A stretch of DNA of 64,000 nt from an uncultured delta proteobacterium (GTDB lineage: Bacteria > Myxococcota_A > UBA9160 > UBA4427). The first letter of the stretch is position 1; each line of letters begins with the position of its first letter. Location: assembly GCA_963822965.1 (NCBI GenBank), contig CAWGJT010000005.1, positions 160,001 through 224,000 on the forward strand, read 5' to 3'. Made by a program: the position numbers and the translations under genes. The notes under the pieces were generated by a model that was given only the letters and a program-made list of their open reading frames with translations, was not told the DNA's origin and made no database searches. Shown one piece after another: positions 1 to 10,062 of this stretch.

Positions 1-464
<464 letters not shown>

Positions 465-684
465 GGGTTCCTTCCCGTGCGTGTAGGCTGGCGCCGCGGC
501 TCGCGGGCCCGGTCCTGGTGCTTGGTCTTCGATTTTGGTCTCGGTGTGTGTCGGTGTCGGTGGGCTCGTCCGGTCCGGCCGGCGGACGATCGAGGGACCC
601 CTAGTATGACGCGCAAGCCGCGCTGCCGCACGGGGCCCCATGCCATATGCTCTGCGGCGCCTCCTGCCTGCGGGCGACCGACGA

Positions 685-2067
685 ATGACCGAGCGACTGC
701 TACGAACCCTGCGCTGCCGGAACCTCCACCGACCGGGAATCCTCGGCCGGCTGGCGGGCGCGGTGGGCCTGGCCGGGGCCAACATCGGCGACATCCGGAC
801 CGTCTGGGTGGGTCCGGACCACATCGTTCGCGACCTGGACATCGTGGTCGAGGACCGGGGGGGCCTCGACGCCGTCGAGCGGGCCCTCGCCGGCCTCGCC
901 GACGTCGAGCTCCTCGAGGTCATCGACGACATCCACGACTTCCACATGAACGGGAAGATCGAGATCCGGAGCACCCACCCGGTCCGCAGCATCGCCGACC
1001 TGCGCCGGGTGTACACGCCGGGGGTGGCCGAGGTCGTGCGCACCCTGGTGACCGAGCCAGACGACTCCTATCTCTACACGCTGCGCGGACGGAGCGTGGC
1101 GATCGTCACCAACGGTACCCGCGTGCTCGGCCTCGGGAACGTGGGACCGATCGCGTCGCTCCCCGTGATGGAGGGCAAGGCGGCGCTCCTCTCCCAGTTC
1201 GTCGGACTCTCGGCGATGCCGATCGTGCTGCAGAGCCGGAACGCCGACGAGATCGTCGCGACCGTGCAGAACCTCGCCTCGGGGTTCGGCGCCATCCAGC
1301 TCGAGGACATCGAGTCGCCCGTGTGCTTCGAGGTGGAGTCGCGCCTGGTGGAGTCGCTGCAGATGCCCGTGATGCACGACGACCAGCACGGGACGGCGGT
1401 CGCCACCCTGGCCGCGACCACGAACGCCACGCGCCGGGCCGGCATCGACCTCGCCCAGGCCCAGGTCGGCGTCGTGGGTCTCGGGGCGGCCGGCCTCGCG
1501 ATCGCCCGCATGCTGGACTCGGTGACCGAGAAGCCCGTCGTGGGCTTCGACCCCGACGAGGACGCCCAGCGCCGGCTTCGGGATCTCGGCGGCAAGACCG
1601 TCGACTCCCTCGACGCCCTGCTCTCCCGGGCGGACATCGTGATCGCCGTCAGCGGACGGGGCGGGCTCATCGAGCCGGGCCAGATCCGCAAGGGTCAGGG
1701 CATCCTGGCGCTCACGAACCCCGACCCCGAGATCGAGCCGGATGCGGCGATGGCGGCCGGCGCCTCGTTCGCCGCCGACGGACGCTCGGTGAACAATCTG
1801 CTGGGATTCCCGGGAATCCTGCGCGGCGCAATCGACAGCCGTGCCAGCCGGATCACGCCTTCCATGTACCTGGCGGCGGCCAACACCATCGCGTCACTGG
1901 CCACCGAGAACGAGCTGGTTCCCAACTCGCTGCGCCCCGACGTGCACCGCGCCGTGGCGCGGGCGGTCGCCCACGAAGCCCAGGCCGCCGGCGTGGCGCG
2001 GACGCGGGTGCCCAGCGACTACCTGCAGCAGAGCGAGATCTACCACACCCTGCGCGACGAACGCTGA
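685..2067 (+). CDS. NAD(P)-dependent malic enzyme with N-terminal ACT domain
   Basis: Motifs [45 protein letters not shown] and [11 protein letters not shown]-like N-terminus ([17 protein letters not shown]). Confidence 0.92.
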   Translation: MTERLLRTLRCRNLHRPGILGRLAGAVGLAGANIGDIRTVWVGPDHIVRDLDIVVEDRGGLDAVERALAGLADVELLEVIDDIHDFHMNGKIEIRSTHPVRSIADLRRVYTPGVAEVVRTLVTEPDDSYLYTLRGRSVAIVTNGTRVLGLGNVGPIASLPVMEGKAALLSQFVGLSAMPIVLQSRNADEIVATVQNLASGFGAIQLEDIESPVCFEVESRLVESLQMPVMHDDQHGTAVATLAATTNATRRAGIDLAQAQVGVVGLGAAGLAIARMLDSVTEKPVVGFDPDEDAQRRLRDLGGKTVDSLDALLSRADIVIAVSGRGGLIEPGQIRKGQGILALTNPDPEIEPDAAMAAGASFAADGRSVNNLLGFPGILRGAIDSRASRITPSMYLAAANTIASLATENELVPNSLRPDVHRAVARAVAHEAQAAGVARTRVPSDYLQQSEIYHTLRDER

Positions 2068-2125
2068 GCCGCGGTGCGCGCCGCACCGGGGTGGGCCGAC
2101 CGCTCGGCGCGAGCCCCGGCCGGCC

Positions 2126-4162
2126 CTAGAGCGCCTTCCGGATGCGCTCGACCAGCACCTCGGGGGTGAAGCCGAAGTGCTTCGCCAGCTCCGACTGGGG
2201 AGCGGACGCGCCGAAGGACGTCATGCCGTGCACGATCCCACGGCGTCCGATCCAGCGCCGGTAGGACTGGGCGTGAGCCGCCTCCACGGCGACCAGCAGC
2301 GCGCCGTCGTCGGGCACCAGCGCATCCTGGTACGCGTCAGGCTGCTGCCCGAAGAGCTCCTGACAGGGCACGGAGACGACCCGGGTCGGAATCCCGTCCT
2401 CCTCGAGCCGAGCGGCGGCGTCGCACGCCAGCCACACCTCGGAGCCGCTCGCCAGGATCACGACGCGCGGCTTGCCGGAGGCTTCGCGCAGGGTGTAGGC
2501 CCCGCGCCAGATCTCGTAGGGATCGAAGCCGGCGGCCCGCTCGATGCCGGGAACCTTCTGCCGGGTGAGGGAGAGCGCGCACGGTCCTTCCGCCTTCTCG
2601 AGAATCCAGGCGTAGGCCATGGCCGTCTCGACGCCGTCCGCCGGGCGGAACACCGTCAGGTGGGGAACCGCGCGCAGGCCGTCCAGCTGCTCCACCGGCT
2701 GGTGGGTCGGGCCGTCCTCTCCCACGAAGATCGAGTCGTGGGTGAAGACGAACATCGAGCGCACGCGCATGAGCGCCGCGAGCCGCAGCGAAGGCCGCAT
2801 GTAGTCGCTGAAGATCAGGAACGTGCCGGAGTACGGAATGAAGGTGCCGTCGAGGGCAATGCCGTTGGTCACGGCCGCCATCGCGTGCTCCCGTACCCCG
2901 AAGTGGAGGTTGCGTCCGGCGAAGGGATCCACGCCCTTGGGCGCCTCACGCCCGACGACCCCGACGTCCGGGACGAGCGGCGGGGCGCCGGAGCCTGCGA
3001 GGTCCGCGGAGCCGCCCACCATGTAGGGCACGTGATTCGCCAGCTTCTCGATCACCACCGCCGAGTGGCTGCGAGTGGGGCTGGCGACGCCCTGCATGCC
3101 CTCGGTGAGCAGCTCTGGGAGATGGGCCGGCAGCTTGCGCTCCCGGGCGGCGTCCCAGGCCTGGGCACGCTCCGGGTGGGCCCTCCGCCAGGCCTCGTGG
3201 CGCGGGTCCAGCTCGGCGCGCGCCTGCCGCAGCTCGCGCCTGCGCTCCTCGAACCAGGTGCTCACGTCGTCGGGCACGAAGAGCTCGCGGTCGACGGGCC
3301 AGCCGACGGCCTCCTTGGCGGCCTTCACGTCTTCGGGCGTCATGGACCAGCCGTGGGCCTTGTGGGTTCCGGCGATGGCCGGGCTGCCCCGGCCGATGAG
3401 CGTGCGCGTCACGATCAGGGACGGCCGCTCGCTCTCCTGGCGCGAGCGCTCGAGCGCCGCGCTGAGACCGTCGAAGTCCTCGCCGTCCACCCGCTCCACG
3501 TGCCAGTGCTGGGCCTCGAAGCGAGCATGGACGTCCTCGCTGAACGAGATGGCGGTGGAGCCGTCGATGGTGACGTGGTTGTCGTCGTAGAGGAACACGA
3601 GGTTGCCGAGCCCGAGGTGCCCGGCCAGGGAGGCCGCCTCCGCGGAGACGCCCTCCATCAGGTCCCCGTCCCCCGCGATGCCGTACACGAAGTGCTCACC
3701 CGGCCCGACCATCTCCGGACCGTCCCCGGCGAGCTTTCCGAAGCGGGCGCGCGCCAGCCGGCCCGCGAGCGCCATCCCGACCGCATGAGCGAAGCCCTGG
3801 CCCAGGGGCCCGGTCGTCACCTCGATCCCCGGGGTGTGGCCGTACTCCGGGTGGCCCGGGGTGCGCGAGCCGAGGCTGCGGAAGCCCTCGATGTCCTCCT
3901 GGGACAGCACGCCATAGAGCCGCAGCAGCGAGTACTGCAGCATGGACGCGTGGCCGTTCGACAGCACGAAGCGGTCGCGAAGCGGCCAGCGGACGTCCTC
4001 GGGATCGAACCGCAGGTGTGCGCTCCACAGCTCGAATGCGGCCCGGGCCAGGCCCATCGGTGCTCCGACGTGGCCGGAGTTCGCACGCGCGACGGCGTCG
4101 ATCGAAAGGAAGCGGATGGTGTTCTCGATGCGCTCTCGGAGCTCTCGAGTGGGCTGGCTCAT
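2126..4162 (-). CDS. tkt: Transketolase
   Basis: Motifs [32 protein letters not shown] (TPP motif), FGVREHAM and THDSIFVGEDGPTHQP. GGAGA RBS precedes the ATG at 4162. Confidence 0.97.
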   Translation of the reverse strand: MSQPTRELRERIENTIRFLSIDAVARANSGHVGAPMGLARAAFELWSAHLRFDPEDVRWPLRDRFVLSNGHASMLQYSLLRLYGVLSQEDIEGFRSLGSRTPGHPEYGHTPGIEVTTGPLGQGFAHAVGMALAGRLARARFGKLAGDGPEMVGPGEHFVYGIAGDGDLMEGVSAEAASLAGHLGLGNLVFLYDDNHVTIDGSTAISFSEDVHARFEAQHWHVERVDGEDFDGLSAALERSRQESERPSLIVTRTLIGRGSPAIAGTHKAHGWSMTPEDVKAAKEAVGWPVDRELFVPDDVSTWFEERRRELRQARAELDPRHEAWRRAHPERAQAWDAARERKLPAHLPELLTEGMQGVASPTRSHSAVVIEKLANHVPYMVGGSADLAGSGAPPLVPDVGVVGREAPKGVDPFAGRNLHFGVREHAMAAVTNGIALDGTFIPYSGTFLIFSDYMRPSLRLAALMRVRSMFVFTHDSIFVGEDGPTHQPVEQLDGLRAVPHLTVFRPADGVETAMAYAWILEKAEGPCALSLTRQKVPGIERAAGFDPYEIWRGAYTLREASGKPRVVILASGSEVWLACDAAARLEEDGIPTRVVSVPCQELFGQQPDAYQDALVPDDGALLVAVEAAHAQSYRRWIGRRGIVHGMTSFGASAPQSELAKHFGFTPEVLVERIRKAL

Positions 4163-4382
4163 GGTCGTCTCCGGGGTGTGGGCTTGCGCGGCCGTGGCCT
4201 CGCGCGTGCGCGACCGGACGCCACCGCGGCGCGCCGCACGAGCACGCGCACGGCGCTCCTGCGCTCGGCACTTTACAGCACGGGAACAGCGCAGGGCGAG
4301 CGAACCCACCCGCGCCCCCCGAAGCGGCGCGAACGGCGTTCGCTTCCGCGGCGCCCGGGCTCGGAGCCGCGATGGGGCGGGG

Positions 4383-4877
4383 TCAGGATGCCCGCCGCTT
4401 CTCCGCCGCCGCGTGGCGCATCTGGTTCACGAGATCGAACGTGGAGATGACGCCCACGGCAATGCCGGACTCCACCACCACCACCCGATGCACGCGGTTG
4501 TCGCACAACGCGCCCGCCACCTCCTCGAGACTCGCGTCCGGCGAAACCTGGACGACCTCGGTGGTCATCGCGTCGGAGACCCTGAGCTCCCGCAGGCGGT
4601 CCTGGAAGTCCTCGGGCTGGGCGATCCAGTCGGGGCTCGAGAACTCCACCAGGTCGCGCAGGTAGTTCGCCTCGACGCGCGCCGCTCCGTGCTCCTCGGC
4701 GACCGCCCGCAGCAGGTCGGCGCTGCTGATGACCCCGACCAGCGCACCCTGGTCGTCCACGACCGGGGCGCCGTGGATCTCCTCGGAGACGAACAGCTGG
4801 TGCGCATCGAGCAGGGGCAGGTCCGGCGACACGGTCACCATGTCTTCCTGCATCACGTCACGGGCCTTGGCTGACAT
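4383..4877 (-). CDS. CBS-domain pair protein
   Basis: MSAKARDVMQEDMVTVSPD...GAPVVDDQGALVGVISSADLL...VSDAMTTEVVQVSPDASL...VHRVVVVESGIAVGVISTFDL. GGAGG RBS upstream. Confidence 0.93.
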   Translation of the reverse strand: MSAKARDVMQEDMVTVSPDLPLLDAHQLFVSEEIHGAPVVDDQGALVGVISSADLLRAVAEEHGAARVEANYLRDLVEFSSPDWIAQPEDFQDRLRELRVSDAMTTEVVQVSPDASLEEVAGALCDNRVHRVVVVESGIAVGVISTFDLVNQMRHAAAEKRRAS

Positions 4878-4900
4878 CCTCGTTCGCCTCCTCTTCTCTG

Positions 4901-4949
4901 TCTCGCGTCTCTTGTCTCGCGTCTCGCGTCTCGCGTCTCGCGTCTCTTG
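4901..4949. repeat. Heptamer tandem repeat (TCTCGCG/TCTCTTG)x7 inside a longer CT-rich tract
   Basis: Read directly: TCTCGCG TCTCTTG TCTCGCG TCTCGCG TCTCGCG TCTCGCG TCTCTTG. Confidence 0.9.
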
Positions 4950-5122
4950 CTCTCTCGCTCTCGTCTCCTGGTCTCGCCCTGCGGCTCTGCTCTTTCCCGG
5001 ATCTTCTCTCTCGTTTCTGCGTTTCTCTTCTCTTCTTCGCCGGCCGTCGTCGCGCTCCAAGCTCTGCGCAGATTGGCCGCGCGGCACTCTGGAGTCGACA
5101 CACCACCTCCCCCGCCATCCAG

Positions 5123-5138
5123 TGCACGCGCCGTGCCA
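5123..5138 (-). promoter_or_regulatory. Putative sigma54 (-24/-12) promoter for the CBS gene
   Basis: Minus strand TGGCACGGCGCGTGCA, which is GG-N10-GC with the TGGCACG -24 box. Confidence 0.75.
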
Positions 5139-5206
5139 GCCCGCTGCCGGCGGCATTCCGCGGGCAGCGTCCGATCCGGGGCGGCGAGCCCCTCCTGGGG
5201 ACTCGA

Positions 5207-5223
5207 TGCCCCACCTGTGGGCA
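5207..5223. promoter_or_regulatory. Candidate enhancer-binding-protein site between two divergent sigma54 promoters
   Basis: Palindrome TGCCC-N7-GGGCA, the same geometry as the NtrC site TGCAC-N7-GTGCA. It lies about 55-70 bp upstream of each promoter. Confidence 0.4.
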
Positions 5224-5276
5224 GCGACACGCCGGACAGCGACCCGGGCGGTCCGCCTGGAAAGGGTCGGCACCCA

Positions 5277-5292
5277 GGGCACGCGGGTTGCA
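5277..5292 (+). promoter_or_regulatory. Putative sigma54 promoter for the Coq4-like gene (possibly also the kinase)
   Basis: GGGCACGCGGGTTGCA, i.e. GGCACG-N4-TTGCA, near consensus, ending 38 bp before the ATG at 5331. Confidence 0.8.
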
Positions 5293-5330
5293 CTTTCTGC
5301 AGCGGGCGAGCCGTTGTCCAGAGGGTAGCC

Positions 5331-6026
5331 ATGCAGCTCGAGAACGGAATCGCGATGGATCGATCCGACGTCCATCAGGCGCTGGAACGCCTGCTCGAGG
5401 ACGTCGATCGACGTCCGGGGATCGGCCTGCTGGGGCGCGTGCGCAGGACGGCCGAAGGCCTGGCCCTGCTCGCGGCGAGACCCGGGCTGAGCGACGAGAG
5501 CTGCGACCTGCGGGACCTGCGCCGCCTGCCACGCGGCACCTTCGGCCACGAGTACGCCCGCTGGATGACCGAGAACGGCTTCCGGCCCTCCCTCGGCCCT
5601 CCGATCCGACTGCCCTCGCGGCCCGGCCACGACCCCGAGCTCCGCTACCTGCAGGAGCGCATCGTGCAGGTCCACGACCTGTGGCACGTGCTGACGGGAT
5701 ACAACCGAGACGCCGCGGGCGAGCTCGGGCTGCTGGCCTTCACGCTCGGCCAGACCCGCTCGCCGCGATTGGCGGAGGCCCTGATGCGCATCGCCGCACG
5801 CGACGTGGCCGCCTCGTGGCGAGCCCGCCGGAGCCCCTGGAGCCCCCTGCTCCGCTACCTGCGGCGCGCCCATCGGAGCGGAAGACGGGCGCGCTTCCTG
5901 GTCCCGCTGGCCATCGAGGAGGACTGGATCCTGCCCCTCGACGCCGTCCGCCAGCGGCTCCGGATCGAGCCCCTGGAACGCCCCCTGGGCCGCGGGGCCC
6001 TGCCGCCCATCGCCGTGCCCTCCTAG
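5331..6026 (+). CDS. Coq4-like protein
   Basis: LRRLPRGTFGHEYARWM and the HDLWHVLTGY...GE metal motif (HDxxH-x11-E) typical of the Coq4 family. Confidence 0.85.
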   Translation: MQLENGIAMDRSDVHQALERLLEDVDRRPGIGLLGRVRRTAEGLALLAARPGLSDESCDLRDLRRLPRGTFGHEYARWMTENGFRPSLGPPIRLPSRPGHDPELRYLQERIVQVHDLWHVLTGYNRDAAGELGLLAFTLGQTRSPRLAEALMRIAARDVAASWRARRSPWSPLLRYLRRAHRSGRRARFLVPLAIEEDWILPLDAVRQRLRIEPLERPLGRGALPPIAVPS

Positions 6027-6105
6027 CGGGACAGCAACGGAGGAGGTCTGTCGGCCGGGCTGGACTTGACACATCGCTCGCGCAACGGCGACGCTGCCCG
6101 CCATC

Positions 6106-7956
6106 GTGGACATGCCGTTCCTCTCTACAGACCGCCGCAGGATCCTGGGCCTGACGGTCGCCATCATGGGGCTGCTCGCCCTGGGCGGCATCGCCGTCAC
6201 CATCGGCATGCTCTACCGCACGGCCGTCGATCGCGAGATCCAGGGGCTTTCGAACCTGGCAGCCAGCCGGGCGGCCCTGATCGCCGCGGTCGCACGGGAC
6301 GCGGACCGCGACCACCCGGGCGAGGCCGCCGCCGCCACCGTGGCCCTGCTCGACGACGTGGGCGAGGTCTTCGACGGCTTCGGGCGGACGGGGGAGTTCT
6401 GCCTGGCACAGCGGGAGGGCGATCGGATCGTCTTCCTGATGAGCCGCCGACCCCACCGCTCGGCAGGCCTTCCCGATCCCGTCCCCTGGGACTCGGCGAA
6501 CGCCGAGCCCATGCGGCGGGCCCTGCGCGGGCAGTCGGGATCCATGGTCGGGGCGGACTATCGCGGCGTCTCGGTGATCGCGGCCTACGAGCCCCTGCCG
6601 GCGCTCGGCTGGGGCGTGGTCGTCAAGCTCGACCGCGCCGAGCTGCGAGGGCCCTTCCGGCGGGCCGCGCTGGTGGCGGTCTCGATCGTGGGGGTGCTGC
6701 TCATCGCCTCCGCGGCCTTCCTCCAGCGGATCGAGCTGCCCTTCTTCCGGGACATCGAGCACCGGGCCAGCGCCCGGCTGAAGGAGGAGGCCACCGAGCG
6801 CGAGCACGCCGAGGAGCAGTCGCGCGAAGCCTCCTCGCGCACGCGGGCGATTCTCGACCAGGAGCTCGACGCCATCCTCACCATCGACCCGCACGGCACC
6901 ATCGAATCGGTCAACCGCGCGACGAGCGAGATGTTCGGCTACCCGGAGGAGGAGCTCGTCGGCCGCAACGTCTCCCTCCTCATGCCCTCGCCCTACGTGG
7001 ATCACCACGACGAGTACCTCGCGGCCTACGCGGCCACTCGCCAAGCGAAGATCATCGGCATCGGCCGGGAGGTCCCGTGCCGGCGACAGGACGGCAGCAT
7101 CTTTCCCGGCCACCTGTCGGTGAGCGAGGTCCAGCTCGAGGGTCGAGTGCTCTACACGGGCATCATGCGCGACCTCAGCGAGCGCAAGCAGCAGGAGGCC
7201 GCCCTTCAGCAGGCCGAGAAGCGAGCCCGGGCGGCCGAGGAGCTGGCCTCGGTGGGCACCCTCGTCGCCGGGCTCGCCCACGAGATCGGGACCCCCATGG
7301 GAGTGATCCAGGGACACGCCCGCTTGCTCGAGAAGGCCGTCGAAGGAGACCGGGCCCGCTGGCGGCTCCAGACGATCCAGGAGCAGATCGGGCGCATCTC
7401 CCGGATCATCCAGTCGCTGCTGAACATGGCCCGCCCGAAGGCGAGCGAGCGGATTCCGGTGGCCCTCGAGCCCCTGCTGGAGACGACCCTCTCCTTCCTG
7501 TTCGAGAAGTTCGCCCGCCGGGACGTGCGGCTCGTGCGCGACTTCGAGCCGACGGGCAGCGTCACCGGCGACCCGGAGCGCCTGCAGCAGCTGCTGCTGA
7601 ACCTCTTCCTGAACGCCGTCGACGCCATGCCCGAGGGGGGCGAGCTGCGGGTCGGCCTGCACCCCGACGGCCGGGCGGGAGCCATCCTGACGGTGGCCGA
7701 CACGGGCATCGGGATCGCCCCGGAGAACCGGTCGCGCGTCTTCGAGGCCTTCTACACGAGCAAGGAGGCGGGCAAGGGCAACGGCCTCGGGCTGATGGTC
7801 GCCCACCGCATCGTGTCCGATCACAACGGGACCATCGAGGTGGAGAGCACCCTGGGCGTTGGAACGACGTTTCGAATCCACTTCCCGTGGATGCCCGCCT
7901 ACCCCGTGACCTCCGGGCGACCCCAGGCTGCCCCGATGAAGGGTGGCGGCGCCTAG
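6106..7956 (+). CDS. Membrane sensor histidine kinase: two TM segments with a Cache-like periplasmic region, FixL-type heme PAS, HisKA and HATPase
   Basis: PAS reads LVGRNVSLLMPSPYVDHHDEYL...KIIGIGREV..RRQDGSIFP. H-box LAHEIGTP, N-box LNLFLNAVDA, G-boxes DTGIGI and GNGLGL. Confidence 0.93.
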   Translation: MDMPFLSTDRRRILGLTVAIMGLLALGGIAVTIGMLYRTAVDREIQGLSNLAASRAALIAAVARDADRDHPGEAAAATVALLDDVGEVFDGFGRTGEFCLAQREGDRIVFLMSRRPHRSAGLPDPVPWDSANAEPMRRALRGQSGSMVGADYRGVSVIAAYEPLPALGWGVVVKLDRAELRGPFRRAALVAVSIVGVLLIASAAFLQRIELPFFRDIEHRASARLKEEATEREHAEEQSREASSRTRAILDQELDAILTIDPHGTIESVNRATSEMFGYPEEELVGRNVSLLMPSPYVDHHDEYLAAYAATRQAKIIGIGREVPCRRQDGSIFPGHLSVSEVQLEGRVLYTGIMRDLSERKQQEAALQQAEKRARAAEELASVGTLVAGLAHEIGTPMGVIQGHARLLEKAVEGDRARWRLQTIQEQIGRISRIIQSLLNMARPKASERIPVALEPLLETTLSFLFEKFARRDVRLVRDFEPTGSVTGDPERLQQLLLNLFLNAVDAMPEGGELRVGLHPDGRAGAILTVADTGIGIAPENRSRVFEAFYTSKEAGKGNGLGLMVAHRIVSDHNGTIEVESTLGVGTTFRIHFPWMPAYPVTSGRPQAAPMKGGGA

Positions 7957-8059
7957 GGGCAATTCGGTACACAAAAGACGATTATGTTCCTTTTTGGCAC
8001 ATTCAGAGGGCCACCCGGCTCCTCTGGGGCCGCTGAACGCCTCCGGAGCGCGCCAGGTC

Positions 8060-8075
8060 CGGCACGCATCCTGCT
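8060..8075 (+). promoter_or_regulatory. Putative sigma54 promoter upstream of the activator gene (possible autoregulation)
   Basis: CGGCACGCATCCTGCT, which is GG-N10-GC. An AT-rich tract lies upstream at 7957-8001. Confidence 0.65.
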
Positions 8076-8121
8076 CTGTTCCAAGGCACCGGAATGACCC
8101 AAAGCCTGGGGGATCGAGCCC

Positions 8122-9546
8122 ATGAAGACCCACTGCAAGCTGCTCGTCGTCGACGACGATCTCGCCATGCGCGAGATGCTGACCTCCATGTTCGAGGAGG
8201 AGGGATACGAGACGGCCAGCGCGCCTTCCGCGGATGCCGCCATCGAGCTCTCGGGGGACGAGGAGTTCGACGCCATCCTGAGCGACATCAAGATGCCCGG
8301 ACGGTCGGGGATCGAGCTGGTGTCGGCGCTCCGGGACCTCCGACCCGACACGCCGGTCGTGCTGATGACCGCCTTCGGCAGCATCGACTCGGCCGTGGAG
8401 GCCATGCGGGCGGGCGCCCTCGACTACGTGACGAAGCCCTTCGAGCCCGAGGTCGTGCTGGTCGCCATGGAGCGAGCCCTCGAGCGCCGCGCCCTCGAGC
8501 AGGAGAACCGGCACCTGCGCCGGGCCCTCGACCACACCAGCCAGCTGGGCGAGCTGATCGGAACCAGCCCCGCCATGCGCGAGATCTTCGCGCTCATCCG
8601 GCGCGTGGCCCACAACCGCAGCAGCGTGCTGATCAGCGGCGGCAGCGGAACCGGCAAGGAGGTGGTGGCCCGCACCATCCACTTCCACGGCAACCGGGCC
8701 GACAAGCCCTTCGTTCCCATCAACTGCACGGCGATTCCCGAGGGCCTGCTCGAGAGCGAGCTCTTCGGACATGTGCGCGGCGCCTTCACCGGCGCCCACG
8801 CGAGCAAGCGCGGCCTGGTGGAGCAGGCGAACGGCGGAACCGTCTTCCTCGACGAGATCGGGGACATGCCGCCCGGCCTCCAGAGCAAGCTCCTGCGGGT
8901 GCTGCAGGACCGGGAGATCCGACCGGTGGGCGGTACGCACACCATCCCGGTGGACGTGCGCATCATCGCAGCGACCAACCGAGACCTGCGCACGGAGATC
9001 GATCGCGGCACGTTCCGCGAAGACCTGTACTACCGCCTGAACGTGATCCCCATCCACATCTCGCCGCTGTCCGAGCGCCCGGAGGACATCCCGCCCCTGG
9101 TCGAGGCCTTCCTGGCCCGGCACTCCGACGGGCGACCCCGCCGCGTCTCGGCCGCCGGCATGAAGCAGCTCTGCGGGGCCGAGTGGCGGGGCAACGGCCG
9201 CGAGCTGGAGAACCTGATCGAGCGCGCGCTGGCGCTGACGGACCGGGAGGAGCTGCAGCCCGAGGACCTGCCGCTGGAGCGTCCGAGCGACGCCTTCTGC
9301 GAGGGCTCCATCGCGGGGCGCCTGCACAACGCCGCCGTCAGCCAGCTGACCCTCGAGGAGGTGCAGGATCTGTACATCGACGAGGTGATGGAGCTGCACG
9401 GCGGCAACAAGGTGCACGCCGCCGCTGCACTCGGCATCGACCGCAAGACCCTCTACCGGCGTGCCGAGCGAAGGGCACGTCGGGCCGCACAGCAGAAGCA
9501 GCGGCAACCCCATTCGGAGCTTCCGGCCCAGCCGGCAGGAGGATAG
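8122..9546 (+). CDS. NtrC/AtoC-family sigma54-dependent response regulator (REC-AAA+-Fis HTH)
   Basis: REC (VVDDD, SDIKMP, TAFG, KPF), Walker A GSGTGKE, ESELFGHVRGAFTGA, FLDEIG, FREDLYYRLNV, and HTH GNKVHAAAALGIDRKTLYR. Confidence 0.96.
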   Translation: MKTHCKLLVVDDDLAMREMLTSMFEEEGYETASAPSADAAIELSGDEEFDAILSDIKMPGRSGIELVSALRDLRPDTPVVLMTAFGSIDSAVEAMRAGALDYVTKPFEPEVVLVAMERALERRALEQENRHLRRALDHTSQLGELIGTSPAMREIFALIRRVAHNRSSVLISGGSGTGKEVVARTIHFHGNRADKPFVPINCTAIPEGLLESELFGHVRGAFTGAHASKRGLVEQANGGTVFLDEIGDMPPGLQSKLLRVLQDREIRPVGGTHTIPVDVRIIAATNRDLRTEIDRGTFREDLYYRLNVIPIHISPLSERPEDIPPLVEAFLARHSDGRPRRVSAAGMKQLCGAEWRGNGRELENLIERALALTDREELQPEDLPLERPSDAFCEGSIAGRLHNAAVSQLTLEEVQDLYIDEVMELHGGNKVHAAAALGIDRKTLYRRAERRARRAAQQKQRQPHSELPAQPAGG

Positions 9547-9551
9547 GAACG

Positions 9552-10004
9552 ATGAACGGAATCAAGACCGTGATCGTTGCCACGGACTTCTCGGAGAACG
9601 CCCACCAGGCGGTGGACGCCGCCATCCAGGTGGCAAAGACCTTCGGAGCCCGGATCGAGCTCGTGCACGCGTTCCAGACGCCGGTGCCGATCGTCAGCCC
9701 CTACGAGGTGGTGGTCCCCGACGGCTTCCTCGAGCAGGCCCGGGGTGCGGCCGCCGAGAACCTGAAGGCCGTGGCCGAGAAGATCTCTTCCGAGGGGATC
9801 GAGGTGAAGACGCACCTGACCGAGGTCCCGGCCGCGCCCGCCATCGCGCGGCTGGCCGAGGAGCTCGGCGCGGATCTCGTGGTGATGGGTACCCGGGGCA
9901 ACACCGGCCTGAAGCACGTCCTCCTGGGCAGCGTCGCCGAGCGGACGATCCGGCTCGCGCCGTGCAACGTGCTGACCGTCAAGCACAGGGAGAGCCACGA
10001 CTAG
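9552..10004 (+). CDS. Universal stress protein (UspA family)
   Basis: IKTVIVATDFSENA...ADLVVMGTRGNTGLKHVLLGSVAERTIRLAPCNVLTVK. Confidence 0.95.
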   Translation: MNGIKTVIVATDFSENAHQAVDAAIQVAKTFGARIELVHAFQTPVPIVSPYEVVVPDGFLEQARGAAAENLKAVAEKISSEGIEVKTHLTEVPAAPAIARLAEELGADLVVMGTRGNTGLKHVLLGSVAERTIRLAPCNVLTVKHRESHD

Positions 10005-10062
10005 CAGGCCGACCCAGGAGGGGTCGGCTTGCGCCGCTGACGAATCCTGCGGATTCGTCAGC
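10004..10062. terminator. Two tandem GC-rich hairpins after the USP stop (terminator-like)
   Basis: GCAGGCCGACCC/GGGTCGGCTTGC at 10004-10032 and a perfect 12-bp stem GCTGACGAATCC-TGC-GGATTCGTCAGC at 10036-10062. No U-tract follows. Confidence 0.5.

Noticed and set aside
5740..9513. Very long antisense or alternate-frame ORFs (e.g. 5740-9513, 29612-33409, 29698-33441, 32739-35741, 53344-56622)
   Set aside because: These are shadow ORFs expected in high-GC DNA. They overlap genes with clear family motifs and are Arg/Gly/Pro/Ala-rich without motifs of their own.
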